DNA of 64,000 nucleotides, from positions 198-64,197 of the forward strand of contig CALXCA010000008.1 in NCBI GenBank assembly GCA_944386685.1, given 5' to 3'. The translations under genes were made by a program, and so were the position numbers. This document shows, piece by piece, positions 53,001-59,847 of the stretch. Each line of letters begins with the position of its first letter. Position 1 is the first letter of the stretch. The stretch comes from an uncultured Clostridia bacterium. GTDB taxonomy: Bacteria; Bacillota; Clostridia; TANB77; CAG-508. The notes beneath the pieces were generated by a model. That model was not told the origin of the DNA. It was given only the letters and a program-made list of their open reading frames with translations, and made no database searches.

Positions 53001-53149
53001 GCTGTTGGTGGTCCATCATAAAATGTGAAATATCTTTTACCTTTATTCATATCAAAATTCTTTTGGATTATTCCTTTTTTATTCCACATTTCTGCTACTT
53101 CTCTTTCCATTCCAACAAAGCCATTTTTTAATTCTACTTTTTTATACAT
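50009..53149 (-). CDS. ileS: isoleucine-tRNA ligase (long, type-2-like form)
   Basis: [12 protein letters not shown] (HIGH) and KMSKSKKNG (KMSKS). Start set at MYKKVELK (53149) after the GGAGGAAATATT RBS. The 20-codon track extension runs through an intergenic repeat. Confidence 0.95.
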   Translation of the reverse strand: MYKKVELKNGFVGMEREVAEMWNKKGIIQKNFDMNKGKRYFTFYDGPPTANGKPHVGHIETRVMKDIIPRYKVMKGYHVDRKAGWDTHGLPVELEIEKKLGISGKEQIEEYGVEKFVKQCKESVFTYVHMWEEMTNKVGFWVDMDHPYVTYHNDYIESVWWALKELWKKGLLYEGHKVMPYCPRCGTALSSHEVAQGYKDVKDLTCIAKFKVKGKENTYILAWTTTPWTLPSNLALCVNKSYTYVEVKANIGTDDEPQYENYILAKDLIEQVLKETPYEIVKEFKGSDMLGMEYEQLMPFAKVDGKAFVVIHGDYVTLTDGTGIVHIAPAYGEDDSLVSKQNGIAFVNLVDKSGKFVPEVEPWAGKFVRDCNEDICKWLAEHNKLFSKEKHIHSYPHCWRCDTPLLYYPKESWFVATTKVKDNLISNNNTIKWYPDTIRTGRFGKFLENVIDWGISRDRYWGTPLPIWKCECGHEECIGSIAELKEKSVDCPDDIELHKPYIDKVHLKCPECGKEMTRYKEVIDCWFDSGSMPFAQLHYPFENKEAFEKNFPAQFISEAIDQTRGWFYTLLTISTCLFDKSSYENCIVLGHVLDEHGQKMSKSKKNGVDPMELLDTVGADATRWHFYVSSSPWLPKRLGIKNVQETQRGFLATLWNVYSFYCLYAEIDQFNPLKHKDFKSENIMDKWILSKLNTLIKEVDEKLEKYNITGAALEIEDFTDSLSNWYVRTNRERFWGEELTDDKIGAYTTLYTVLVNLIKVSAPFVPFMTDEIYQNLVVGLDKKAPESVHLCLWPEVDEKSIDKKLENEMDLAYSIVKLGRSARNSANIKNRQPLSKMLISVDTLPEYYGNIVKNELNVKQVELGANMSDYVHFEIKPNLPVLGKEYGKLIPKIREAISKMNQMDLANKVKNGGIEYIEIDDTQIALTSENLLITMQGKDGFAFAGEGEIGVVLETTITPELKEEGYVREILSKVQNMRKEKGFEVLDKIILYVSDNEKLEKIVKKYEKEIMKETLAEKVEYNAKRDDYTEVSINDEKLMLDVEVIK

Positions 53150-53176
53150 AATATTTCCTCCTTTTGGTAATTGGGT

Positions 53177-53231
53177 AATTTGGTGCCGGTTCTCTTTTTG
53201 ACCAGGCAATTTGGTGCCGGTTCTCTTTTTG
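53177..53231. repeat. two direct copies of AATTTGGTGCCGGTTCTCTTTTTG (31-bp period)
   Basis: Copies lie at 53177-53200 and 53208-53231. They carry the same GTGCCGGTTCTC box that flanks the arrays at 2087-2098 (reverse complement) and 16207-16218. Confidence 0.92.
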
Positions 53232-53247
53232 TCCCATTTTTGATATT

Positions 53248-53499
53248 TTACTTTGTGCTTTTCTTACTTGGTATGTTTTGCAATTCAAATCTGTATTTTT
53301 GAGTTACATTTGGGTATTTTTCGTGGTCTACTTCTGATAAAAACATTTTCTTTGGTCTTATCCATAATGCACAATCTTCATATAAACGTCTGTATACTAC
53401 AAATTCTTCTTGCGTTTCTGAATCTTTTGCGACATCTTCTACTAAGTAGTAGTCTCCTTTAAAATGTTTGTAAATTCCTTTAATTTTTAATTCTTGCAT
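53248..53499 (-). CDS. DUF1653-family protein
   Basis: 83 aa. [33 protein letters not shown] is typical of DUF1653. AGGAGGG RBS. Confidence 0.8.
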   Translation of the reverse strand: MQELKIKGIYKHFKGDYYLVEDVAKDSETQEEFVVYRRLYEDCALWIRPKKMFLSEVDHEKYPNVTQKYRFELQNIPSKKSTK

Positions 53500-53550
53500 T
53501 TATTATTCCCTCCTTTTTTATTTTTTGATATTCTTTTATAAATTTTTTGG

Positions 53551-53579
53551 ATAATATTAAAGCACTGCTGTTATGTCAA
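53551..53579 (-). promoter_or_regulatory. near-consensus sigma-A promoter downstream of the T-box terminator
   Basis: The minus strand reads TTGACA (53579-53574), 17-nt spacer, TATTAT (53556-53551), about 50 nt upstream of the DUF1653 ATG. Confidence 0.55.
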
Positions 53580-53582
53580 AAG

Positions 53583-53684
53583 TTTGGTCGGTATTTGGGC
53601 AAATGTTTAGGCATTGTTTGGGCATTGTTTGGGCGGTATTTAGACTATTTAAACAAATCTTTGAGCAAATGTTTATATTTGGAC
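53583..53684. repeat. array of about 9 degenerate 10-12-nt units (ATTGTTTGGGC type) directly upstream of the -35
   Basis: GTTTGGTCG GTATTTGGGC AAATGTTTAGGC ATTGTTTGGGC ATTGTTTGGGC GGTATTTAGAC .. followed by the palindrome GACAATATTGTC. Confidence 0.75.
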
Positions 53685-53723
53685 AATATTGTCTAATTAT
53701 AAAATTTTATATAGCTTCCTAAA

Positions 53724-53945
53724 CAAAAAAAATCCTAACATACAAAAATTGTATATTAGGACGAATTTCTCCGCGGTACCACCTTTTTTAGTAATCTTTT
53801 ATCTATAATTAACTTTAATTTAATAATTACTCTCTCTTTATCTTTAACGCAGATTTACGTCAAAACCTACTTTTTAAATACATTAATTTTGAGTATACTT
53901 TGATAAAAAATATTTCAAAATATCTTAATATTTTTTTATAGTATA
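53724..53945 (-). promoter_or_regulatory. T-box riboswitch leader (presumed Ile) with an intrinsic terminator
   Basis: On the minus strand: an F-box-like GCGTTA (53850-53845), T-box core GGTGGTACCGCGG (53783-53771), and a terminator TCCTAATATACAA-TTT-TTGTATGTTAGGA plus T8 (53761-53724). The specifier codon is not resolved. Confidence 0.7.
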
Positions 53946-54345
53946 ATAGAATAAGTATTTATGTTCAGTTTTGCAATTTAACTAGGTGATAACATAAGTT
54001 ATATTTCGTATTTTTATTTTACAATATTTATTTTATTTTTTATTCGTAATTCTTACTAATATAAAATATAAAAAATTAATTATATAAATATTAATTAATA
54101 ACTTATAGCTATTTAAGCTAAATAATTTTTACTTTCAAACTCTCACCTTCTGTTTGATTCTCTGTAAAGATATTTTATTATTTGTATTGTCCTAGTTATT
54201 ACTTTTATTTTTTTGTTATTATATCACATTTTTTTCATTTTGCAATAGGTAAATCAAAATTTTATTTATATTGTTGATAAATTTAATATAATAATATAAA
54301 TAACTACTCTTTACAAAATTATAAAGAATGTAATAAAATTATAAT

Positions 54346-55053
54346 TTATAAATTATTTATTACTTTAAAAATTAAATTTTTTAATTTTGGTTTTTCTAAT
54401 TCAAAATAATTAAAATATTTTTTTAATATTTCTTCTTCACAATCGAAATACATATTATTTATTGCATGTTTTATGTCATTATGTATAGTATTTATTGGCT
54501 TATTATATTTTATAGATAAAATTGGAAATATTTCTTTTGACAGATTAACATTCCAAATATAGTTTCTACTATAAACTTCATAAATACAATCAATTAAATA
54601 CTGAGTTCCATTATAAGAAAATTTAAAATTTAATTTTGAAAGTTCCTCTGCAATTTTTAATTTTAAATTTAAAAAGCTATATTTATCTACATAATTTGTT
54701 ATTACCTCCACTATCTTTATATTTTCAATTGGATTTATTATATAATCAAATACATAATATTCTTCTTTTATAGTCAATGATTTATAACCAAATCCAACAA
54801 TTGCTATTATCGATTTTCTATATTTATATAATTTTTCATTAAATAAAAATTCAAAAAAATTTAATTTTTTTATATTTATTAAATTTGTATCTAATATTAT
54901 AAGGTCTACTATTTGTTTTTTTTAAAAATATACAGCTTCTTCTAAACTATAAACAACACTGTAAATTTTTACATTCAAATTACTTTGAGAAATACAATTA
55001 ATTATTTTTTTACATTTAAATATATCATTTTCTATAATTAATATTCTAGTCAT
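54346..55053 (-). pseudogene. Spo0A-like response regulator (receiver plus Spo0A_C-type DNA-binding domain) with an in-frame TAA
   Basis: ATG at 55053 after a GGAGGA RBS. The receiver region reads MTRILIIENDIF..DLIILD..YVFDYIINP. The in-frame stop is at 54924-54922 (codon 44). The C-terminal 143 aa resemble Spo0A_C. Confidence 0.6.
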
Positions 55054-55152
55054 TATTTCCTCCTAATTAAATTTGTAATAACTCTTTTTGCTTTTTTAGC
55101 TTTTTTTACTTTTTCTTGATTTTTCCTCTATTTTTCTTTAAAATAATTTTAG

Positions 55153-55181
55153 TTGTAAAGTTAATTTACAATTAGTATAAT
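55153..55181 (+). promoter_or_regulatory. sigma-A-type promoter of the secreted-protein cassette
   Basis: TTGTAA (55153-55158), 17-nt spacer, TATAAT (55176-55181). Confidence 0.55.
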
Positions 55182-55271
55182 TCTATGAGTCTAAACCATC
55201 CTTAAATTAAGTATGGTTTTAGATTAGATGGAAGAGAGAATCAAGCAATAGAATAACGGAGTAAGCATACT

Positions 55272-55733
55272 ATGAACATGAAAAAAAGAAAAAATTTCTT
55301 CATTATTATTCTCACAATAGCTTTGTTTATTACTACTTGCTGTTCTTCAGCATTTGCTGCCGGCGTTGAAACGTGGTATGGTGAATGGGTTCAAGAACCT
55401 GTTATGACTGTTACCAATAACAACCTTACACCTGTAAAAACTATTGGTGTATCTGGCACATTACATGTGGCATGTGGAGTAAGAGGTCGACCTGATCTTG
55501 AGCCTTCCGGATGTCCTCTTGTACAAGTAACAATGCAAATTCGTGATTTAAATGGTAATGTCCTCGCTAGCGGTACCGTTAGAGAAGACGCTTTTTTACC
55601 TCAAATTCACCTCGATTTGCCTGTTACACAGGGTCAAAAGATTCAAATATTTTTTGATGTAAGCAGTGTATCCTACAATCCTAATAGAAACTATAGAATT
55701 GCAGATATCAACTACGCACATGAAATATATTAA
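55272..55733 (+). CDS. secreted protein of unknown function (153 aa), G+C-richer cassette
   Basis: Signal peptide MNMKKRKNFFIIILTIALFITTCCSSAFA|AG, a GGAG RBS, and its own promoter and terminator. It is flanked by a 17/18-bp inverted repeat (55227-55244 / 55771-55788). Confidence 0.65.
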   Translation: MNMKKRKNFFIIILTIALFITTCCSSAFAAGVETWYGEWVQEPVMTVTNNNLTPVKTIGVSGTLHVACGVRGRPDLEPSGCPLVQVTMQIRDLNGNVLASGTVREDAFLPQIHLDLPVTQGQKIQIFFDVSSVSYNPNRNYRIADINYAHEIY

Positions 55734-55791
55734 TCTTTGACTATGTAGTTCACGTCTAAACTCTAATTAATTGATTCTCTCTTCTATCGAA

Positions 55792-55822
55792 GTGGTATTG
55801 CTTTAGCAATACCACTTTTTTT
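55792..55822 (+). terminator. rho-independent terminator
   Basis: GTGGTATTGC-TTTA-GCAATACCAC followed by TTTTTTT. Confidence 0.85.
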
Positions 55823-55880
55823 ATAAATATAAAATTTTAGTACAACTTAAGCAGTATGAATTTTTCTGATATTATATTTT

Positions 55881-57020
55881 TTAGTCATTAAAAAATTCAG
55901 ATTCTTCTCCTCCTATAATTTCACCAGTTGTTGCATCCACAAAGTATTTCTTGTTATAAAATTTTTTTACTGTTTCAATATTTCCATCTTTAGGGATTGT
56001 ATTTTTATCATGTTCAATATTAACAACCCAAACATTTCTTGTTGTATCAGTTGTTTTTAATTCTCCTTTTTCATTAGTTACATTATTTTCTAAACAATAT
56101 ATAAAAATATTCATTTTTTCTATAGACAGTTCAGCGGAAACATTTGAAATTCTTATATTACTAAATTCATTTTCTTTATTTTTAGCAATTTCAATAGCTT
56201 CTTCTTTAGAAATTACAATTGGATTTTTTTCATAATTATCTTCATTTTTCATGCTTATAGAATAAATAATAATATTATCATTATAAACAGAAAAAGCAAT
56301 TGTAGAAATACTTTCTTTATTATAAATATTATTATTATAGACTTTTGCAAAACTTACTTGCCATGAATCATTAGCATATTTCCCTGAAACAATGCTTTGT
56401 TTTTTTGTTTCAACGATTTTATAATTATTGTTTTCCTCAAAAAAGTTTAAATCACTATAAATTTGGGTTGCAATTTCATTAACTTTATCTTCAGAAATTG
56501 TATCACAAACAATATTCTTATCTAAAAATGAATTATCTCCAAAATATTCTAGTTCTCCTGTTTTAGGATTTAAATTAATTAGAATATTTTCAGCTCTTAA
56601 TAAATAATGTATAGAATAATTTGAGTCATATCCTTTTAATAAATTTATTTGCGTAATTGTAGTATTTTCATATCCTAATTTTGTTAATAACTGATTACCA
56701 ATTTCAGTTGCTTTTTCTTCTGATATAAATTCTGATTTTTCATAGTCTTCTATATCTTCTTTTATTATTTTTTCTTCTTCATTTTTACTTAAAATAATCG
56801 GATCTTTCCATATATTCTCATATAAATAATTAACAGCCATTACACCTGTACATCCCATAATAAAGCAACTTGTTAATAAAACAATTTTACAAAGTATGGA
56901 ATGTGATAAAATTTTGCTTTCTTTTTTTGAAAAAGCTTTTTTTATAGAAAGTTCATATGAAAAAGGTTTTTCAATTTCATCCTTTAAAATTTTTTTAATT
57001 TCATCATCAAAATTTTTCAT
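55881..57020 (-). CDS. membrane-anchored putative anti-sigma factor with a large ectodomain
   Basis: 379 aa. It overlaps the upstream sigma gene by 14 nt and has a single TM helix (ILCKIVLLTSCFIMGCTGVMAV). The call rests on position and architecture only. Confidence 0.5.
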   Translation of the reverse strand: MKNFDDEIKKILKDEIEKPFSYELSIKKAFSKKESKILSHSILCKIVLLTSCFIMGCTGVMAVNYLYENIWKDPIILSKNEEEKIIKEDIEDYEKSEFISEEKATEIGNQLLTKLGYENTTITQINLLKGYDSNYSIHYLLRAENILINLNPKTGELEYFGDNSFLDKNIVCDTISEDKVNEIATQIYSDLNFFEENNNYKIVETKKQSIVSGKYANDSWQVSFAKVYNNNIYNKESISTIAFSVYNDNIIIYSISMKNEDNYEKNPIVISKEEAIEIAKNKENEFSNIRISNVSAELSIEKMNIFIYCLENNVTNEKGELKTTDTTRNVWVVNIEHDKNTIPKDGNIETVKKFYNKKYFVDATTGEIIGGEESEFFND

Positions 57021-57582
57021 AACTATTATTTCCTTTCTTAATATTTGTTGTTTCTTGATTAATAATTGTTGATTTTAATTTCTGTCTTGCCCTATATAAA
57101 TGAGTATTTATAGTATTTTCTTTCATTTTTAAAATTTCTTTTATTTCTTTAACAGAATATTCTTCCATATAATATAAGACTACAATAATTCTCTCTTTAT
57201 AATTTAGATTTTTTATTATATCATAAAAGTTTAATTTATTATCCACTTCATTAATATTATTAGTTTTTAAATAATCTAAATTATATTCTTCAATTGAAAC
57301 ATCTTTTTTATATTTTTTTCTATAAATTCTATTACATTTGTTTATTAAAATTTTTATAATCCACTTTTTAAATTTAGTTATATCATTAAGTTTTTTTATT
57401 GATTTATAAGTTTCGATCATTGTTTCTTGAATAGCATCTGATATATCAGCTTCATTTGAAATTCTAGTTTTGGCTATTTTGTATAATTCATCATTTATTG
57501 ATAATATTAATTGTGTAAAAGCCTCTTCATTACCACTTTGAGCACTTAAAATTAATTCTTCCAATTTTCCCTCCTTTATCAT
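57007..57582 (-). CDS. sigma-70 family (ECF-like) sigma factor
   Basis: 191 aa. Region 2 (DAIQETMIETYKSIKKL) and a region 4 HTH (YSVKEIKEILKMKENTINTHLYRARQKLK). An alternative TTG start lies 6 codons in, after AAGGAGGG. Confidence 0.75.
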   Translation of the reverse strand: MIKEGKLEELILSAQSGNEEAFTQLILSINDELYKIAKTRISNEADISDAIQETMIETYKSIKKLNDITKFKKWIIKILINKCNRIYRKKYKKDVSIEEYNLDYLKTNNINEVDNKLNFYDIIKNLNYKERIIVVLYYMEEYSVKEIKEILKMKENTINTHLYRARQKLKSTIINQETTNIKKGNNSYEKF

Positions 57583-57692
57583 TTTTATTGAATACTACAA
57601 ATACATTTATTAAGAGTCCTTTATTTCTTTTTTATATTTCAATTTTTATAAAATTTTTTACTAATTTAAGTTATTTGGATTAACTATTAAGG

Positions 57693-57916
57693 AACAATAG
57701 CGGACTTTTTTAGACATTTTTATGTTTATAACATTTTAAAATCCACGTCATTGTTCGTGCGCCAATTTTACGAAGTAAAATTGTGTGCATCTGTTTGAGC
57801 GAAGCTCTTTTATTGAATAGGAAAAAGCGATTTTTCTTTTGAAAATAAAATTTTTATATTTAAAATTCTATTTTCGCTTTGAGTTGCGAAATCTAAAGTT
57901 TCATATTGTTTCCTAT
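57693..57916. repeat. composite of dispersed intergenic repeat families D, A and C
   Basis: GAACAATAGCGGAC..TCCACGTCATTGTTCGTGCGCC..GTGCATCTGTTTGAGCGAAGCTCTTTTATTGAATAGGAAAAA..ATTTTCGCTTTGAGTTGCGAAATCTAAAGTTTCATATTGTTTCCTAT. Confidence 0.85.
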
Positions 57917-57921
57917 TGTAT

Positions 57922-57990
57922 AAAAAAGCCCTAACATACAAAAATTGTATATTAGGGCGAATAATTCCGCAGTAACACCTAATCTTCGAT
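57922..57990 (-). promoter_or_regulatory. degenerate T-box 3' domain plus terminator, paralog of the ileS leader end
   Basis: The minus strand reads ATTAGGTGTTACTGCGGAATTATTCGCCCTAATATACAATTTTTGTATGTTAGGGCTTTTTT. The 27-nt terminator core is identical to the one at 53734-53760. The tRNA-acceptor-pairing TGGT is changed to TGTT. Confidence 0.5.
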
Positions 57991-58142
57991 TTCATTAATT
58001 CAAAAATATTTTTTTCCTAAATCTTTTATTAGAGTTGAAGTCGCAAATTGCGACTTCAAATATTCGCATTCATTATTACTTAATTGAAAGCAAAATTCAA
58101 TTGGAAAACGCTCAATATATATAAGGATAGTTTATGAAATTT

Positions 58143-59102
58143 TTATATATTATTAAAATTTAATAATTCTATTTTATTAGAAATAAATTTTTCATTTGTG
58201 TCAATTTCTTTTGATAAATCTGTTGACAAATATTTTTTATTATCATCTGCAAATATTGTAACCACATCATCATCTATTTCATCTGCAAGAAGAACACTTC
58301 CAATAAAATTTGCTCCTGATGATATTCCAACTCCAATTCCCAATTCTTTTGCTAATTTTCTAGACATATTAATTGCATCATCATCATTTATTAGTATAAT
58401 TTTGTCTATTTTACTTTTATCAACTAAATCTGGTATAAAATCATCACCTATTCCTTCAATCTTGTGTTGTTCAAATACTTTTCTTTGTGATAAAAGTGCC
58501 ATTTTATCAGGTTCTATTGCTGTTAAAACCATATCAGGATACTTTTTCTTTAATTTATCTCCTATTCCCATCAGTGTTCCACCTGTACCTATACCAGACA
58601 CAAATCCTCCTATTTTCTCCAGAATTTGATTTAATATCTCTTCTCCTGTTGTTTCATAATGTGCTAGATAATTATCTTTATTAGAAAATTGATTTGCATA
58701 AAATCCATTTATTTTATGTGACAATTTTTCAGCTTCTTCTACACACTTTATAAATCCCCCACCTTCTTTTGAAATTAAATGAACATTTGCCCCATATGCT
58801 TTCATTAATTCAATTCTCTCTTTACTTGCCCAATTTGGCATAAAAATATGTACAGGATGTTTATAATAACTTCCTAATGCAGATAAAGATATTCCTGTAT
58901 TTCCACTTGTTGCTTCAACTATAGGCATTCTTTCTTTTAATATTCCTCTTTTTTTTGCATTATTAATCATATAAAAAGCAACTCTATCTTTAATACTTCC
59001 TGTAAAATTAAAATATTCTAATTTTGCAAATATTCTTTTTTCTTTTCCTTTATATCTGTAAGATATTTTTATCATTGGTGTATTACCAATTAATTCAATC
59101 AT
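58143..59102 (-). CDS. cysK: cysteine synthase / O-acetylserine sulfhydrylase family PLP enzyme
   Basis: 319 aa. LIGNTPM, PLP-lysine block FNFTGSIKDR, SGNTG and GIGTGGT. Confidence 0.85.
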   Translation of the reverse strand: MIELIGNTPMIKISYRYKGKEKRIFAKLEYFNFTGSIKDRVAFYMINNAKKRGILKERMPIVEATSGNTGISLSALGSYYKHPVHIFMPNWASKERIELMKAYGANVHLISKEGGGFIKCVEEAEKLSHKINGFYANQFSNKDNYLAHYETTGEEILNQILEKIGGFVSGIGTGGTLMGIGDKLKKKYPDMVLTAIEPDKMALLSQRKVFEQHKIEGIGDDFIPDLVDKSKIDKIILINDDDAINMSRKLAKELGIGVGISSGANFIGSVLLADEIDDDVVTIFADDNKKYLSTDLSKEIDTNEKFISNKIELLNFNNI

Positions 59103-59133
59103 TTTTTACCTCCTATTATTATTATATGTATCT

Positions 59134-59160
59134 GTGCATCTTTTTGAGCGAAGCTCTTTT
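59134..59160. repeat. family A box immediately upstream of cysK
   Basis: GTGCATCTTTTTGAGCGAAGCTCTTTT. Other copies lie at 23713-23739, 29228-29253, 49984-50010, 57786-57811 and 61794-61823. Confidence 0.8.
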
Positions 59161-59231
59161 ATTGTACAGGAAACAATAAAAGAAGCTGGAACTAATCAAA
59201 CTAAATCGAATGAAAAGTACCAGCATGTTTT

Positions 59232-59720
59232 TTATTTTCTTATATATGTAATAAATTCATATTCAATATCAGTATCTTCATCTTTCTTTTTTGGTTCTCT
59301 TGATACTTCTTCCCAAATTGTTTCATTAATTCTTGGAAATACTGCATCTCCATCAAATTCATGGTCAAGTTCTGTTACATACATCTTTTTTACATAAGGC
59401 ATTAATAAATTATATATCATTGCCCCACCTATTACAAAATGTTCTTCTTGGTCTTCTATATATTGCTGTATTTGTAACATTGAATGAACTACTTCTGTAT
59501 CTTGACTATCTATTTTGAAATCTGGATTATTAGAAAAAACAACCTTTTTTCTTTCTCTTAAAAATTTTCCTAATGTCTCATATGTTTTTCTACCCATTAT
59601 TACAATTTTTCCATCTGTTAATTCTTTAAATTTCTTTGATTCTGCTGGTAATCTCCAGATTAATTGATTATTTTTTCCAATTATATTATTTTTTGCCTTT
59701 GCTACTATTATGCTTAACAT
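59232..59720 (-). CDS. folA: dihydrofolate reductase
   Basis: MLSIIVAKAKNNIIGKNNQLIWRLPAESKKFKELT..IVIMGRKTYE. Start chosen after the AAAGGGAG RBS. Confidence 0.85.
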   Translation of the reverse strand: MLSIIVAKAKNNIIGKNNQLIWRLPAESKKFKELTDGKIVIMGRKTYETLGKFLRERKKVVFSNNPDFKIDSQDTEVVHSMLQIQQYIEDQEEHFVIGGAMIYNLLMPYVKKMYVTELDHEFDGDAVFPRINETIWEEVSREPKKKDEDTDIEYEFITYIRK

Positions 59721-59772
59721 TTTATTACTCCCTTTCATTATGCTATAATTAATTTTTATATTTAAATTTATA

Positions 59773-59820
59773 TTTTCACTTTAAGCCTAAGTAACTTAAA
59801 GTTTCATATTGTTTTCTATC
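59773..59820. repeat. family C hairpin repeat between fhs and folA
   Basis: ATTTTCACTTTAAGCCTAAGTAACTTAAAGTTTCATATTGTTTTCTAT. The stem ACTTTAAG/CTTAAAGT carries compensatory changes relative to the other copies. Confidence 0.75.
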
Positions 59821-59847
59821 TTATAATTTAAATTTAATTTTTATCTT

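Noticed and set aside
53150-53209. 20-codon N-terminal extension of ileS ([20 protein letters not shown])
   Set aside because: The extension reads through the GTGCCGGTTCTC intergenic repeat. The canonical IleRS N-terminus starts at MYKKVELK and has a GGAGG RBS at correct spacing.
57810-57995. 61-aa minus-strand ORF, and the similar 59134-59397 plus-strand ORF
   Set aside because: Both are built from dispersed intergenic repeats, terminator sequence, or the antisense strand of folA. Neither has translation signals.
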